Shown here: positions 56,222 to 64,000 of the stretch, piece after piece
Layout: each line of letters begins with the position of its first letter
How positions within the stretch are numbered: position 1 is the stretch's first letter
IMG/VR virus record: IMGVR_UViG_3300035661_000037
Span: 18,712-82,711 of that record
Source: a virus
Reading direction: 5' to 3' (one strand)
Length of the DNA stretch: 64,000 bases
Notes under the pieces: generated by a model
Databases searched by the model: none
The model's input: the letters and a program-made list of their open reading frames with translations, nothing else
What the model was told of the DNA's origin: nothing
Position numbers and translations under genes: made by a program

Positions 56222-57639
56222 ATACCGGTTACTTGGATAGTCCCTATGGTATTTACCTTAGATGAGATGCCATAACGGCATGCGTCCGCACAATGGTCAT
56301 TTACCCCAGTCGTTATACAATCGTCTGGCTTGTTAGGGTCTACAGGTAAATCCGGTATTGTTGCGATGCAGTGCAGACAATCTTCGGTAAACAGTAGTGC
56401 TGGTTTCTCAACCACAGTCGCATGTGCTTGCAACATCAGGTCACACATCCGTGACCAGCCGACAGATCGAGAACTACTAGACTTCCAAGGGCGTTTAAAC
56501 TTTACGCCAAATTTTGCCATTTCGTCGCCTATGCTACCATCTCCACTTTTACGGTCATATACGTCACCGCAGCCTATCTGTACTCTACCTTTGATACCCC
56601 AAATTTCTTCTTTGCCTAATATTCCCTCAGCCAGTTCTCGCTCTGACAGTTTTAGTCCTTCATCTGGGGCGTCGTGTTTGCACGTAACCCATTCTTTAAC
56701 AATAACCTTAGTGCCTCGCGGGAACGATTTCGTCGCCCCATTGCTCATCTCGAACTCTCGCGTATCCTCAAGCTCCCCAAGCCATATACAAGCGCTTGGG
56801 CTAGACCACCCATAGTCAAAATGCCTAGATATCCTAAACCATTTTAACTGGTCTTTTGTAAAAGGTTTGCATACATTGTAGTCTCTATTGAAGGCATAGC
56901 CCATCAGTGTATTCCCAGCAGCATCCCAATCACCCAACGCCAACTGCTTATACTTTACTGGGTCTCCCATCGAGCGTAGCTGCCTCTCATAGGCTTCGTA
57001 GTCTACATGCGGATTCTCTCTAGCCCCAAAAGGTATGAATAGTTTTCGTACCCCGTTAGCATCTATAAACTCTTTGCCCGGTGTTGCTGGGTCAATATAC
57101 GTCTGTTTTAAATAGGTATGCGATATACCTGAAGGATTCGAAGTTAGCTGAAGGCGTGGTAGGCGATCCTTCCAAAATTGGTTTTCTATCTTAAGAGAAC
57201 CAATTCTTAAACGGGACTTTGCGTGGTTTATAATCTTGGAATCCAGCAAAGAACATTCATCTCCGATTATGCACACAAATTCTAAACCAGTCAAATTTTC
57301 TATTGTGGATTCAACATGTTCTGCGTGCATGAAGTGAATTGCTGACCCAGACTCCCAAGTAATTACCAAGTCCGTATAGTTAATTTTTACTAATCCGGCC
57401 TTAATATGCTCCCTCAAAATTGCGGGCATACTCATCGCACCCATAAAGTAATTTTTCTTAAGGTTCTTTGATGTGTTACGCAGTATTGCTATCTGGGCAC
57501 CAGGAACTTGTTCTGCAATCGTCATAGCTAGCACTTTATTTAAAAAAGTCTTACCTCCGCTAGCAGACCCCCCTCCAAAAACCTCGTTGGCTGTAGTGTT
57601 AAACATAAGCGTCTGCTTTTCAGTCAGGGTTATATCCAT
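56218..57639 (-). CDS. terminase large subunit
   Basis: Walker A GGGSASGGKT, IIGDE, TSNPSG, ENPH, GDWD, FDYG, DHCADACRY. Confidence 0.93.
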   Translation of the reverse strand: MDITLTEKQTLMFNTTANEVFGGGSASGGKTFLNKVLAMTIAEQVPGAQIAILRNTSKNLKKNYFMGAMSMPAILREHIKAGLVKINYTDLVITWESGSAIHFMHAEHVESTIENLTGLEFVCIIGDECSLLDSKIINHAKSRLRIGSLKIENQFWKDRLPRLQLTSNPSGISHTYLKQTYIDPATPGKEFIDANGVRKLFIPFGARENPHVDYEAYERQLRSMGDPVKYKQLALGDWDAAGNTLMGYAFNRDYNVCKPFTKDQLKWFRISRHFDYGWSSPSACIWLGELEDTREFEMSNGATKSFPRGTKVIVKEWVTCKHDAPDEGLKLSERELAEGILGKEEIWGIKGRVQIGCGDVYDRKSGDGSIGDEMAKFGVKFKRPWKSSSSRSVGWSRMCDLMLQAHATVVEKPALLFTEDCLHCIATIPDLPVDPNKPDDCITTGVNDHCADACRYGISSKVNTIGTIQVTGI

Positions 57640-57827
57640 TACGCGTTATCCTCCTCATCCATCACCAACTGCTCCAACGTACAAAATAACAGGAACGACG
57701 CTAAAGATGCCTGTAGCGCATACACAGCGCAGTCATTATTCTCGCCATACTCAGCACACATGGTGTCGTGCATCGCGTCTGCGGCATCCATGAGGGTCTT
57801 GGCTTGCTTTACTAGGGTATTAGGCAT
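57639..57827 (-). CDS. hypothetical protein
   Basis: AAGGA RBS; abuts TerL. Confidence 0.55.
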   Translation of the reverse strand: MPNTLVKQAKTLMDAADAMHDTMCAEYGENNDCAVYALQASLASFLLFCTLEQLVMDEEDNA

Positions 57828-57890
57828 TAGCCGTTCCTTTTAAATTACATCTTAGACCAATTATACCTATAAGAATATAATTTGCAAGGG

Positions 57891-58856
57891 CTAATGTCCT
57901 GCCCATACGTCCCCCCAAGTACCTGTCAACGCACCTTTAGCGTAATCAGTAACTCTATTCTCGAAGAAGTTCCCATGAATAGGGGCATTAATCATCTCAT
58001 CAATCCAAGGCAGCGTATTTTTCTTTTGCTTGAATATACCTTTGAGACCTAGCTGGATCAACCTGCGATCTGCGATATACCTTATATACTTTTTCAAATC
58101 TAGTTTATCAAGCCCCTCAAACTCACATTGGCCAAAGCACAAGTCAATGAACGCATCTTCTAGTTCGACCATCTTCTCAGCCGTAGCATAAATCTGCTGT
58201 TTTAACTCATCGTTCCAAACTTTTCGGTTTTCTTCTACCAATGTTCTGAACAGTTTGACCATCCCTTCAACGTGCATAGACTCATCGAGAATCGACCATG
58301 TTATTATCTGCCCCATACCTTGCATCTTACCGTGGCGGGGGAAGTTCAGCAGCATAGCAAAACTTGAGAACAGTTGCAATCCTTCAGTAAACGCGGAAAT
58401 TGCGGCAATCTGTTGCAATACGTTTTTATCTGACAGGTTCTTAAACTGTTCAAAGTAGTCGTGTTTGTCTGACATCTCTTTATATTTTAGAAACTCGTCG
58501 TAGATTGTTTCTGGCATACCTAATGTTTCAATAAGATGCGAATACGCAACCACATGAACCGACTCCCTAGCTGCAAATGACAGCAGCATCATCCTAACTT
58601 CCGGCTGTGGGAAATACGGTAGGTAGTTTTTAACATACCCCTCGGATACGTCAATATCCCCTTGAGTAAAAAATCTGAAAATATTGGTCAGAAAATCTTT
58701 CTCATTTACTGATAGTTTATGCTTCCAATCTTTTGTGTCTTCATGTAACGGGACTTCTTTGGGTAGCCAGTGCGCCGACTCGTGCTGCTCCCATAAATCG
58801 AATGCCCAAGGGTAGTTGAATGGTTTATACGACTTTCGCTCATCAGTTAGTTTCAA
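57891..58856 (-). CDS. nrdB: ribonucleotide reductase class Ia beta subunit
   Basis: FFTQGD, ARESVHVVAYS, EGLQLFSSF, DESMH, NFFENRVTDY; TTG start inferred. Confidence 0.95.
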   Translation of the reverse strand: MKLTDERKSYKPFNYPWAFDLWEQHESAHWLPKEVPLHEDTKDWKHKLSVNEKDFLTNIFRFFTQGDIDVSEGYVKNYLPYFPQPEVRMMLLSFAARESVHVVAYSHLIETLGMPETIYDEFLKYKEMSDKHDYFEQFKNLSDKNVLQQIAAISAFTEGLQLFSSFAMLLNFPRHGKMQGMGQIITWSILDESMHVEGMVKLFRTLVEENRKVWNDELKQQIYATAEKMVELEDAFIDLCFGQCEFEGLDKLDLKKYIRYIADRRLIQLGLKGIFKQKKNTLPWIDEMINAPIHGNFFENRVTDYAKGALTGTWGDVWAGH

Positions 58857-59016
58857 GTTTAGTTCTCTCTTTAAGTTGTTTAGATACTTTTGGAAGTGGC
58901 ATCCACAGTAAGCAGTCTTCATCGCGCCAATGACCTATGTGCGCGATACCTGATTTAAGGTATATAAGTATCTTAACATTGGTTGGCGGCTTACTATCTT
59001 TTGGGTGCTGCCACAT
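58843..59016 (-). CDS. small DUF551-like protein between nrdA and nrdB
   Basis: MW.HP....PP...WMPLP. Confidence 0.6.
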   Translation of the reverse strand: MWQHPKDSKPPTNVKILIYLKSGIAHIGHWRDEDCLLWMPLPKVSKQLKERTKLETN

Positions 59017-59017
59017 A

Positions 59018-60775
59018 CTAGCTACCACAGGCAATGCACTCTTCATCTAGCTTAACCCTCTCAACTTTTTGACTAATCTTGTCACCCTTTTTTATCTTAT
59101 CACTACGGCAGTAATACAAAGATTTTAATCCTTTCTTCCAAGCACTGAAGTGTGCTTTATGAAGTTCAGCAATACTTGTATTAGGCATGAAAAACAGGTT
59201 TACTGACTGCCCCTGATCTATCAACTGCGCCCTAGCAGCGGCCATCTCAATAATATACGCCTGGTCTATCTCCATCGCTGTCTTGAATACGTCTTTCTCC
59301 CAATCACTTAAACACGTTAGCGATTGCGCAGAGCCGTTGTCAGTCGTTATAGTCGCCCAAGCCGTGGCATACTCCTCATCAGATAACTTAGATTTTAGTA
59401 GCTTATCAAGGTGCTTATTTTTCTGAAAATAGCTCCCACTAAGTGTATCTTGCCTATAACCATTGGCCCGATACGGCTCTATAGAAGGCGATGTGTTGCC
59501 CATTATAATACTACTCGAAGCGGTTGGCGCCACAGCCATAGTATGTGAAAATCTATGTCCATATCCAACAGCATCGGGCGCTTCTCCTCGTTCTTCCGCA
59601 AGTGCTTTACTAGCTTGTTTTAGCTTATCGTTAATTAGTTTAAAGCTATTAAGATTAATTCCAAATGCCATCGGTGACTCAAATGGGATACCTTTAGATT
59701 GTAGATAACTATGGAATCCAAGAACACCTACTCCAATACTGCGTTCGTGTTTCGCCGAATTTACTGCCTTCCATAGCGGTTCACCTGCGTCCTCACAGAA
59801 AACGTCCAACACATTATCCAGCATCTCGGCCACATCTTTAATAAACTGAGAATCATCTTTCCAAGCATCATAGTAGTCCATATTCAGACTAGACAAGCAA
59901 CATACCGCTGTCCTAGTAGAACTTACTGGTAGCTCGATCTCAGCACATAGATTAGAGTTTTTAATCTTCAACCCTTTATCTTTCAGCCATACCGGCAACG
60001 CAGCATTAGCGGTATCAATGAAATGCAAATATGGCTCCCCTGTCTGCATTCTTGTCTCAAGAATCATCTGCCATAGGTATTTCGCAGATACAGTATTCAC
60101 AACAACACTTGAGGCGGGGTCATGCAGAGACCAAGAGTCGTCAAAATCTGGGTCGCGCATACAGTTTTCAATTATCTTCATAAAATCATCTGTAATATTG
60201 ATACCGTGATGAAGATTTGTACACCTTACATTCTGATCCCCAGTAGGTTTACGCATCTCAATAAACTGTAGGATATCTGGGTGGTTGATGTCTAGGTAAG
60301 ATGCGTAGGATCCCCTCCTTGTTGTGCCTTGCTTGTAGGCCAAACAATGAAAGTCATATACCTTCAGATGGGGCATTACACCAACCGACTTATCATCAGA
60401 TGATCTAATACCTACGTAAGTCCCTACCCCACCACCCGTTACAGACAGCCACGCTGTTTCAGACATCGTGTTAATAAGCCCTTCGGTCGTATCTTCCATA
60501 GAGTTAAGGAAGCAACTGATAGGTAACCCCTTCTTACTACGCCCATAAGAAAGTATCGGCGTAGAATAAGATAGCCAATGGCTACTTGAATAATCATAAA
60601 GCCGTTGGGCATGGTCTTGGTCAGACGCAAATTTAGAACTCACGAATGCATACCGTTCTTGCGGAGATACTTCACTAGGAAGCATATAAGACTCTTTTAG
60701 GCGTTTTAGACCTAGCTCGTCGAACAAGGCATCTCTTGACACATCTATTTTTATATCGTACTTCACTGGTATCAC
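59018..60775 (-). CDS. nrdA: ribonucleotide reductase class Ia alpha subunit, no ATP cone
   Basis: ISCF, GGGVG, NLCAEI, CCLSS, APTASSS, YYCRS, C-terminal CIAC. Confidence 0.95.
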   Translation of the reverse strand: MIPVKYDIKIDVSRDALFDELGLKRLKESYMLPSEVSPQERYAFVSSKFASDQDHAQRLYDYSSSHWLSYSTPILSYGRSKKGLPISCFLNSMEDTTEGLINTMSETAWLSVTGGGVGTYVGIRSSDDKSVGVMPHLKVYDFHCLAYKQGTTRRGSYASYLDINHPDILQFIEMRKPTGDQNVRCTNLHHGINITDDFMKIIENCMRDPDFDDSWSLHDPASSVVVNTVSAKYLWQMILETRMQTGEPYLHFIDTANAALPVWLKDKGLKIKNSNLCAEIELPVSSTRTAVCCLSSLNMDYYDAWKDDSQFIKDVAEMLDNVLDVFCEDAGEPLWKAVNSAKHERSIGVGVLGFHSYLQSKGIPFESPMAFGINLNSFKLINDKLKQASKALAEERGEAPDAVGYGHRFSHTMAVAPTASSSIIMGNTSPSIEPYRANGYRQDTLSGSYFQKNKHLDKLLKSKLSDEEYATAWATITTDNGSAQSLTCLSDWEKDVFKTAMEIDQAYIIEMAAARAQLIDQGQSVNLFFMPNTSIAELHKAHFSAWKKGLKSLYYCRSDKIKKGDKISQKVERVKLDEECIACGS

Positions 60776-60821
60776 CTGTTGTAGTTTGAATTAATATTAT
60801 ACCATCTATTTCGAGGATGTG

Positions 60822-61628
60822 CTACATCTCTTCAAGATATTTACGATACTGTTTCCAGCCTCGGAAGTTTGCGTAGAACTTGTCGTCTATTCTCGACTGA
60901 GCTTGGTGCTCAACAGGCGACATATGCGCGGGCTTAGACAGTACTAATTTATCATGTAGTTCAATGTCTTTATAAGGTGTTGGCGATGACTGGTCATGGT
61001 TCAAATAACTTACACGGGCACAACGAGCTGCTGAGAATTTTAAGCAGTCTTTTACAGAATACTCGACAATTTCTGACGTGCTGACGTAGGGTATGTGCCA
61101 CTCCCCCTCCGCGAGTTGTGTTGGGGTGCTTGCATCATGTGCGGCTCGCATTACTTTCGCCAATACTTGAATCTCTGGTTGCGCGTCAGGATGGTCGCGG
61201 AGTTCGTAGAAGTTATCCCACTCGGTGGACGTTACTACCACGTGCATCCACTGGAACGGCTCCAAAATTCTGTTGACAATCTGCTTATGACAGTTCTCCT
61301 TGACCATGTTCTGTGCTGTAGCTGATGCTAACTGTGCTGCGGTTCTCCAATAGTGCTGAGAATATTCTAGGCTGGTACCAGACAGTTCCTCACGCGCCTG
61401 CATCCCTGCTTGGTTCTTGCCCCAGTGTACTGGCGTGGCAGGATCAGTTAGAACTTGCTCAATCATCTTTGCTACAGGGATTGCGCGGGAAGATGCTGCA
61501 TTTCTCGAAAACACCCTGTGCGTCATAACTTCGCTATGGATGAACCTATGGTACTTTAACTGCATCGTAGTGATGCGTACTCCGTTAGTATTTACGCTGT
61601 CTAAGATAATTTTGGCTTCGATTGTCAT
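60822..61628 (-). CDS. thyX: FAD-dependent thymidylate synthase
   Basis: HSEVMTHRVFSRNAASSR, LRDHPDAQPEI, ARCARVSY, HMSPVEH. Confidence 0.9.
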   Translation of the reverse strand: MTIEAKIILDSVNTNGVRITTMQLKYHRFIHSEVMTHRVFSRNAASSRAIPVAKMIEQVLTDPATPVHWGKNQAGMQAREELSGTSLEYSQHYWRTAAQLASATAQNMVKENCHKQIVNRILEPFQWMHVVVTSTEWDNFYELRDHPDAQPEIQVLAKVMRAAHDASTPTQLAEGEWHIPYVSTSEIVEYSVKDCLKFSAARCARVSYLNHDQSSPTPYKDIELHDKLVLSKPAHMSPVEHQAQSRIDDKFYANFRGWKQYRKYLEEM

Positions 61629-62044
61629 GCTTTATCCTTTATCGTTTCTTGAGGCGTTATTATACCAGACTTATTCTTCTTAGGTAGTGCAAAAACTTTC
61701 TCGGTTACTTTAGCATACAAGAACTCGATCAAATATGCCAGCGTTTCGACCTTGTCATCCGTCGGGTTGATACTCGCACGTTTTAGGATGAACACGGAAG
61801 TGTGTACTACCTCATGTAGAATAGTTGACGAATTGTTGTCAAATACGCCTAAAAGGTACACAACTTCTTCGTTACTGTGTACTTCTTCACAAGCTAGTCC
61901 AGCAGCGTCCTCGGTATTTTCAGGGTAATCTTCGCCGTGTATGTGCTTGTAAGTCCTCTCAAAGGTCTTTCGATCTCTGCATATGTATAGAACGCCCCCA
62001 AATAGTGGTATCGGTATCTTTGATACTGTACGAGGCAGTGTCAT
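61625..62044 (-). CDS. HExxH-containing protein
   Basis: ILHEVVH...ETLAYL. Confidence 0.7.
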   Translation of the reverse strand: MTLPRTVSKIPIPLFGGVLYICRDRKTFERTYKHIHGEDYPENTEDAAGLACEEVHSNEEVVYLLGVFDNNSSTILHEVVHTSVFILKRASINPTDDKVETLAYLIEFLYAKVTEKVFALPKKNKSGIITPQETIKDKA

Positions 62045-62424
62045 TTAACAATTACATTGACACAAGCAGCTGTGCCAGATATCGGCGGCGTTGCAGCGCT
62101 TATCTTACGCTCGTAGCGATCAGTACAATGTGGTGTACCACAGGTCTTTACATCTGTAGGTATCCATACAAGATTACTAACTGCGTCGCATCCTCCGCAA
62201 GCTAGTGGGATGACATGGTTTATCTGCCAGCCTTCGCAGTTGCCAGAACTCTGCGTAGTCGCTGGGCATGGGTGTATCCGCTTAAATGCTGTTAAAACAT
62301 CAGATCGTCTAGTGATTACACCTGAACTATCTCGTAATGGTGCCCCACAGTAACGTGTTTCCAAGAGTGCTTGATCGGCGTAGGCGGGGATGCTTAGAGT
62401 AAGTAGCAGTATAAATTTAAACAT
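62041..62424 (-). CDS. signal-peptide-bearing HNH-like protein
   Basis: MFKFILLLTLSIPAYA; FKRIHPCP...INHVIPLACGG.D..SNL. Confidence 0.75.
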   Translation of the reverse strand: MFKFILLLTLSIPAYADQALLETRYCGAPLRDSSGVITRRSDVLTAFKRIHPCPATTQSSGNCEGWQINHVIPLACGGCDAVSNLVWIPTDVKTCGTPHCTDRYERKISAATPPISGTAACVNVIVK

Positions 62425-62724
62425 TGGTAGTCTCCTGTTTAGTATTGTAATCTAACATATGCAGCATATTATCATAGGTGATGGCTACTTCTAACTGGTT
62501 ATAGTAAGCACACATTAACCCCCAAGCGTTGCAGGTAGTCATGAGTACTTGGTGTAGTTTTAGGTGATTACTGTCACTCATGGAAGTCGCGGGTATCTAC
62601 ATAAAACATTATAGCTGTTGCCCATGCTATCGCTTCCCAGTATCGCTCGGTGTATACAGCATATACAGCGCTACCTACCAGACTTACGATGACTATGGCT
62701 TTGTAATACTTATTATGCTGTACG

Positions 62725-62970
62725 TTATTCATCTTTATTCTCCACGATTAGTATAGCAGCTTTTACACCGCCTTGGAACAGCGCTTGACGTGTTTCGGGT
62801 GACAGCCACAACATAAACTGAGGCATCAGGTCTTCGTGGATCTCGGTGAAGCTGTTGCGACCTACGCCACCTGATCGCATCTTGGATGAGTCTAGGCGCT
62901 TGTTATCCTTAAAATGACCTGCCTGCTTCTTATACTTCTTGCAGATTTTTGTTATATTTATATAGTTCAT
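62725..62970 (-). CDS. KilA-N-like DNA-binding protein
   Basis: INITKICK..KK...HF..N and IHEDL...F..WLSP. Confidence 0.65.
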   Translation of the reverse strand: MNYINITKICKKYKKQAGHFKDNKRLDSSKMRSGGVGRNSFTEIHEDLMPQFMLWLSPETRQALFQGGVKAAILIVENKDE

Positions 62971-63014
62971 TTGCTGTCCTCAAAAATGTATGATATATTA
63001 TCGCTTAATTAAGG

Positions 63015-63278
63015 TTATTTGTCAACTGGTTTCTTATATGTTTTAGCAAATGCTAGGGTGGCTTCGATTCCTTGGGTGGCTAACATGATTCGTAACTTTG
63101 GTTCAGTGAACGACAGCCATTGTAAGAAGTCTATAAGCAGGTCTTCAGAGATCTCAGTATGTATCTTCTTACCGTTTTTAACTATCTTAAACCCTGACTT
63201 GTCCGCATAGTTATCTTTGAAGTGTGCTGGGAGTTTTCCAAATCTCTTGCATATTTCTGTTATGTTTGTTGGGTTCAT
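63015..63278 (-). CDS. KilA-N-like paralog
   Basis: NITEICK..GK...HFKDN; EISEDL...FLQWLS. Confidence 0.65.
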   Translation of the reverse strand: MNPTNITEICKRFGKLPAHFKDNYADKSGFKIVKNGKKIHTEISEDLLIDFLQWLSFTEPKLRIMLATQGIEATLAFAKTYKKPVDK

Positions 63279-63289
63279 TTGTTACCTCA

Positions 63290-63332
63290 TTTAAGTTACG
63301 ACTATTATATATCTGTTTATGGATAGTGTCAA
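63290..63332 (-). promoter_or_regulatory. early-type promoter
   Basis: TTGACA-17-TATAAT-agtc-GTAACTTAAAT. Confidence 0.75.
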
Positions 63333-63520
63333 ACGGTATTTAACTATCTAAAATCGGATAGTAATGAGTGGTAGGTTGTGGCGTATGGTTGAGTATACCG
63401 CCGCGTAGCCAAAAAATAGGGGGGATACGCCCCACTAATTTTAGACGGATTAATACCCCAACGAAGGGGCGGTACATTATTTATTACGTTTAAATGCCAA
63501 CAATAAAAATATAATCAAAC

Positions 63521-63772
63521 TCATACTAGCCCCCTTGCATATTGTTGAGCCGCTTTGTATGTAGGAAATGTCAGCCATCTTGTGCGTTGTTTCATTGTCA
63601 AAAATTGTCTATCTAATGGACTAACAAAAGATAGTAGGTAGCTATCTTGGGCAAGTACCCGCTCATAGGGTGCGTGTATTTCCATAAGCGGGTTGTCGCA
63701 GGTATCATCGCCCTTTACCCACACCTTGCGCCCGACCATTGCGTAATCTTTACTTTGTTTGAAGTTGCTCAT
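63521..63772 (-). CDS. hypothetical protein
   Basis: AAGGAGG RBS. Confidence 0.6.
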   Translation of the reverse strand: MSNFKQSKDYAMVGRKVWVKGDDTCDNPLMEIHAPYERVLAQDSYLLSFVSPLDRQFLTMKQRTRWLTFPTYKAAQQYARGLV

Positions 63773-63987
63773 TTTGTCACCTCCTTAATTGTTACGCTAC
63801 CCATTTTCGACAACCTCTTTCGGATAATTAATTGTTCGTGACTATATTTTGCGCAAATAGCTGCATAATGCTTGCCCAATTGTACACACTGATCTACCTC
63901 ACTAGGGTCGACTGCCTTGCGTGTATTATCCAGATAATACCTTGGATGTAGTTCGCAATGCTGGTCATCTATGGTATACCCCGCCAA
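63769..63987 (-). CDS. hypothetical protein, start may lie outside the window
   Basis: ATGA overlap with the next gene. Confidence 0.45.
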   Translation of the reverse strand: MAGYTIDDQHCELHPRYYLDNTRKAVDPSEVDQCVQLGKHYAAICAKYSHEQLIIRKRLSKMGSVTIKEVTK

Positions 63988-64000
63988 TCCATAACGGGCT

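Noticed and set aside
58843-59046. Intron, intein or homing element in nrdAB
   Set aside because: Both subunits are continuous and of normal size; the spacer is a small DUF551-like ORF
1-64000. Prophage or lysogeny module
   Set aside because: No integrase, CI-like repressor or host genes seen; lifestyle cannot be decided because the genome extends beyond the window

Overview
This window is about 64 kb of a tailed dsDNA bacteriophage, siphovirus-like and probably infecting a Proteobacterium (sigma70-type promoters, spanin-like lysis genes). It is cut at both ends. The + strand arm (1-18.1 kb) is a DNA metabolism module: C5 methyltransferase, family A DNA polymerase, metallophosphoesterase, Cas4-like nuclease, DEDD exonuclease, SNF2 helicase, ATP ligase, DinG helicase, SSB-like protein, DUF927 primase-helicase, a frameshifted amino-methyltransferase between 34-bp direct repeats, and a tRNA with anticodon UCA. 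The - strand arm (64 kb to 18.1 kb) carries thyX, nrdA/nrdB, terminase, portal, scaffold and a YuA/M6-like major capsid, then a ~13-kb block of fibre-like genes, a displaced VRR-NUC/TerS-like/phosphoesterase/HNH group, neck genes, tail tube, frameshifted chaperone, tape measure, tail tip, fibres and lysis. No integrase, repressor, reverse transcriptase or CRISPR array was seen. The best candidates for new biology are: (1) two promoter classes that differ at the -7 base; (2) the accessory appendage locus, with shared motifs and a duplicated 118-bp hairpin-promoter unit; (3) a Cys-like tRNA with an opal-reading anticodon; (4) a repeat-flanked methyltransferase cassette with a poly-G frameshift; (5) a D[IV]xLLKQFG[LI] motif shared by SSB and primase. 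All family assignments come from motifs recognised by eye; no searches were run.
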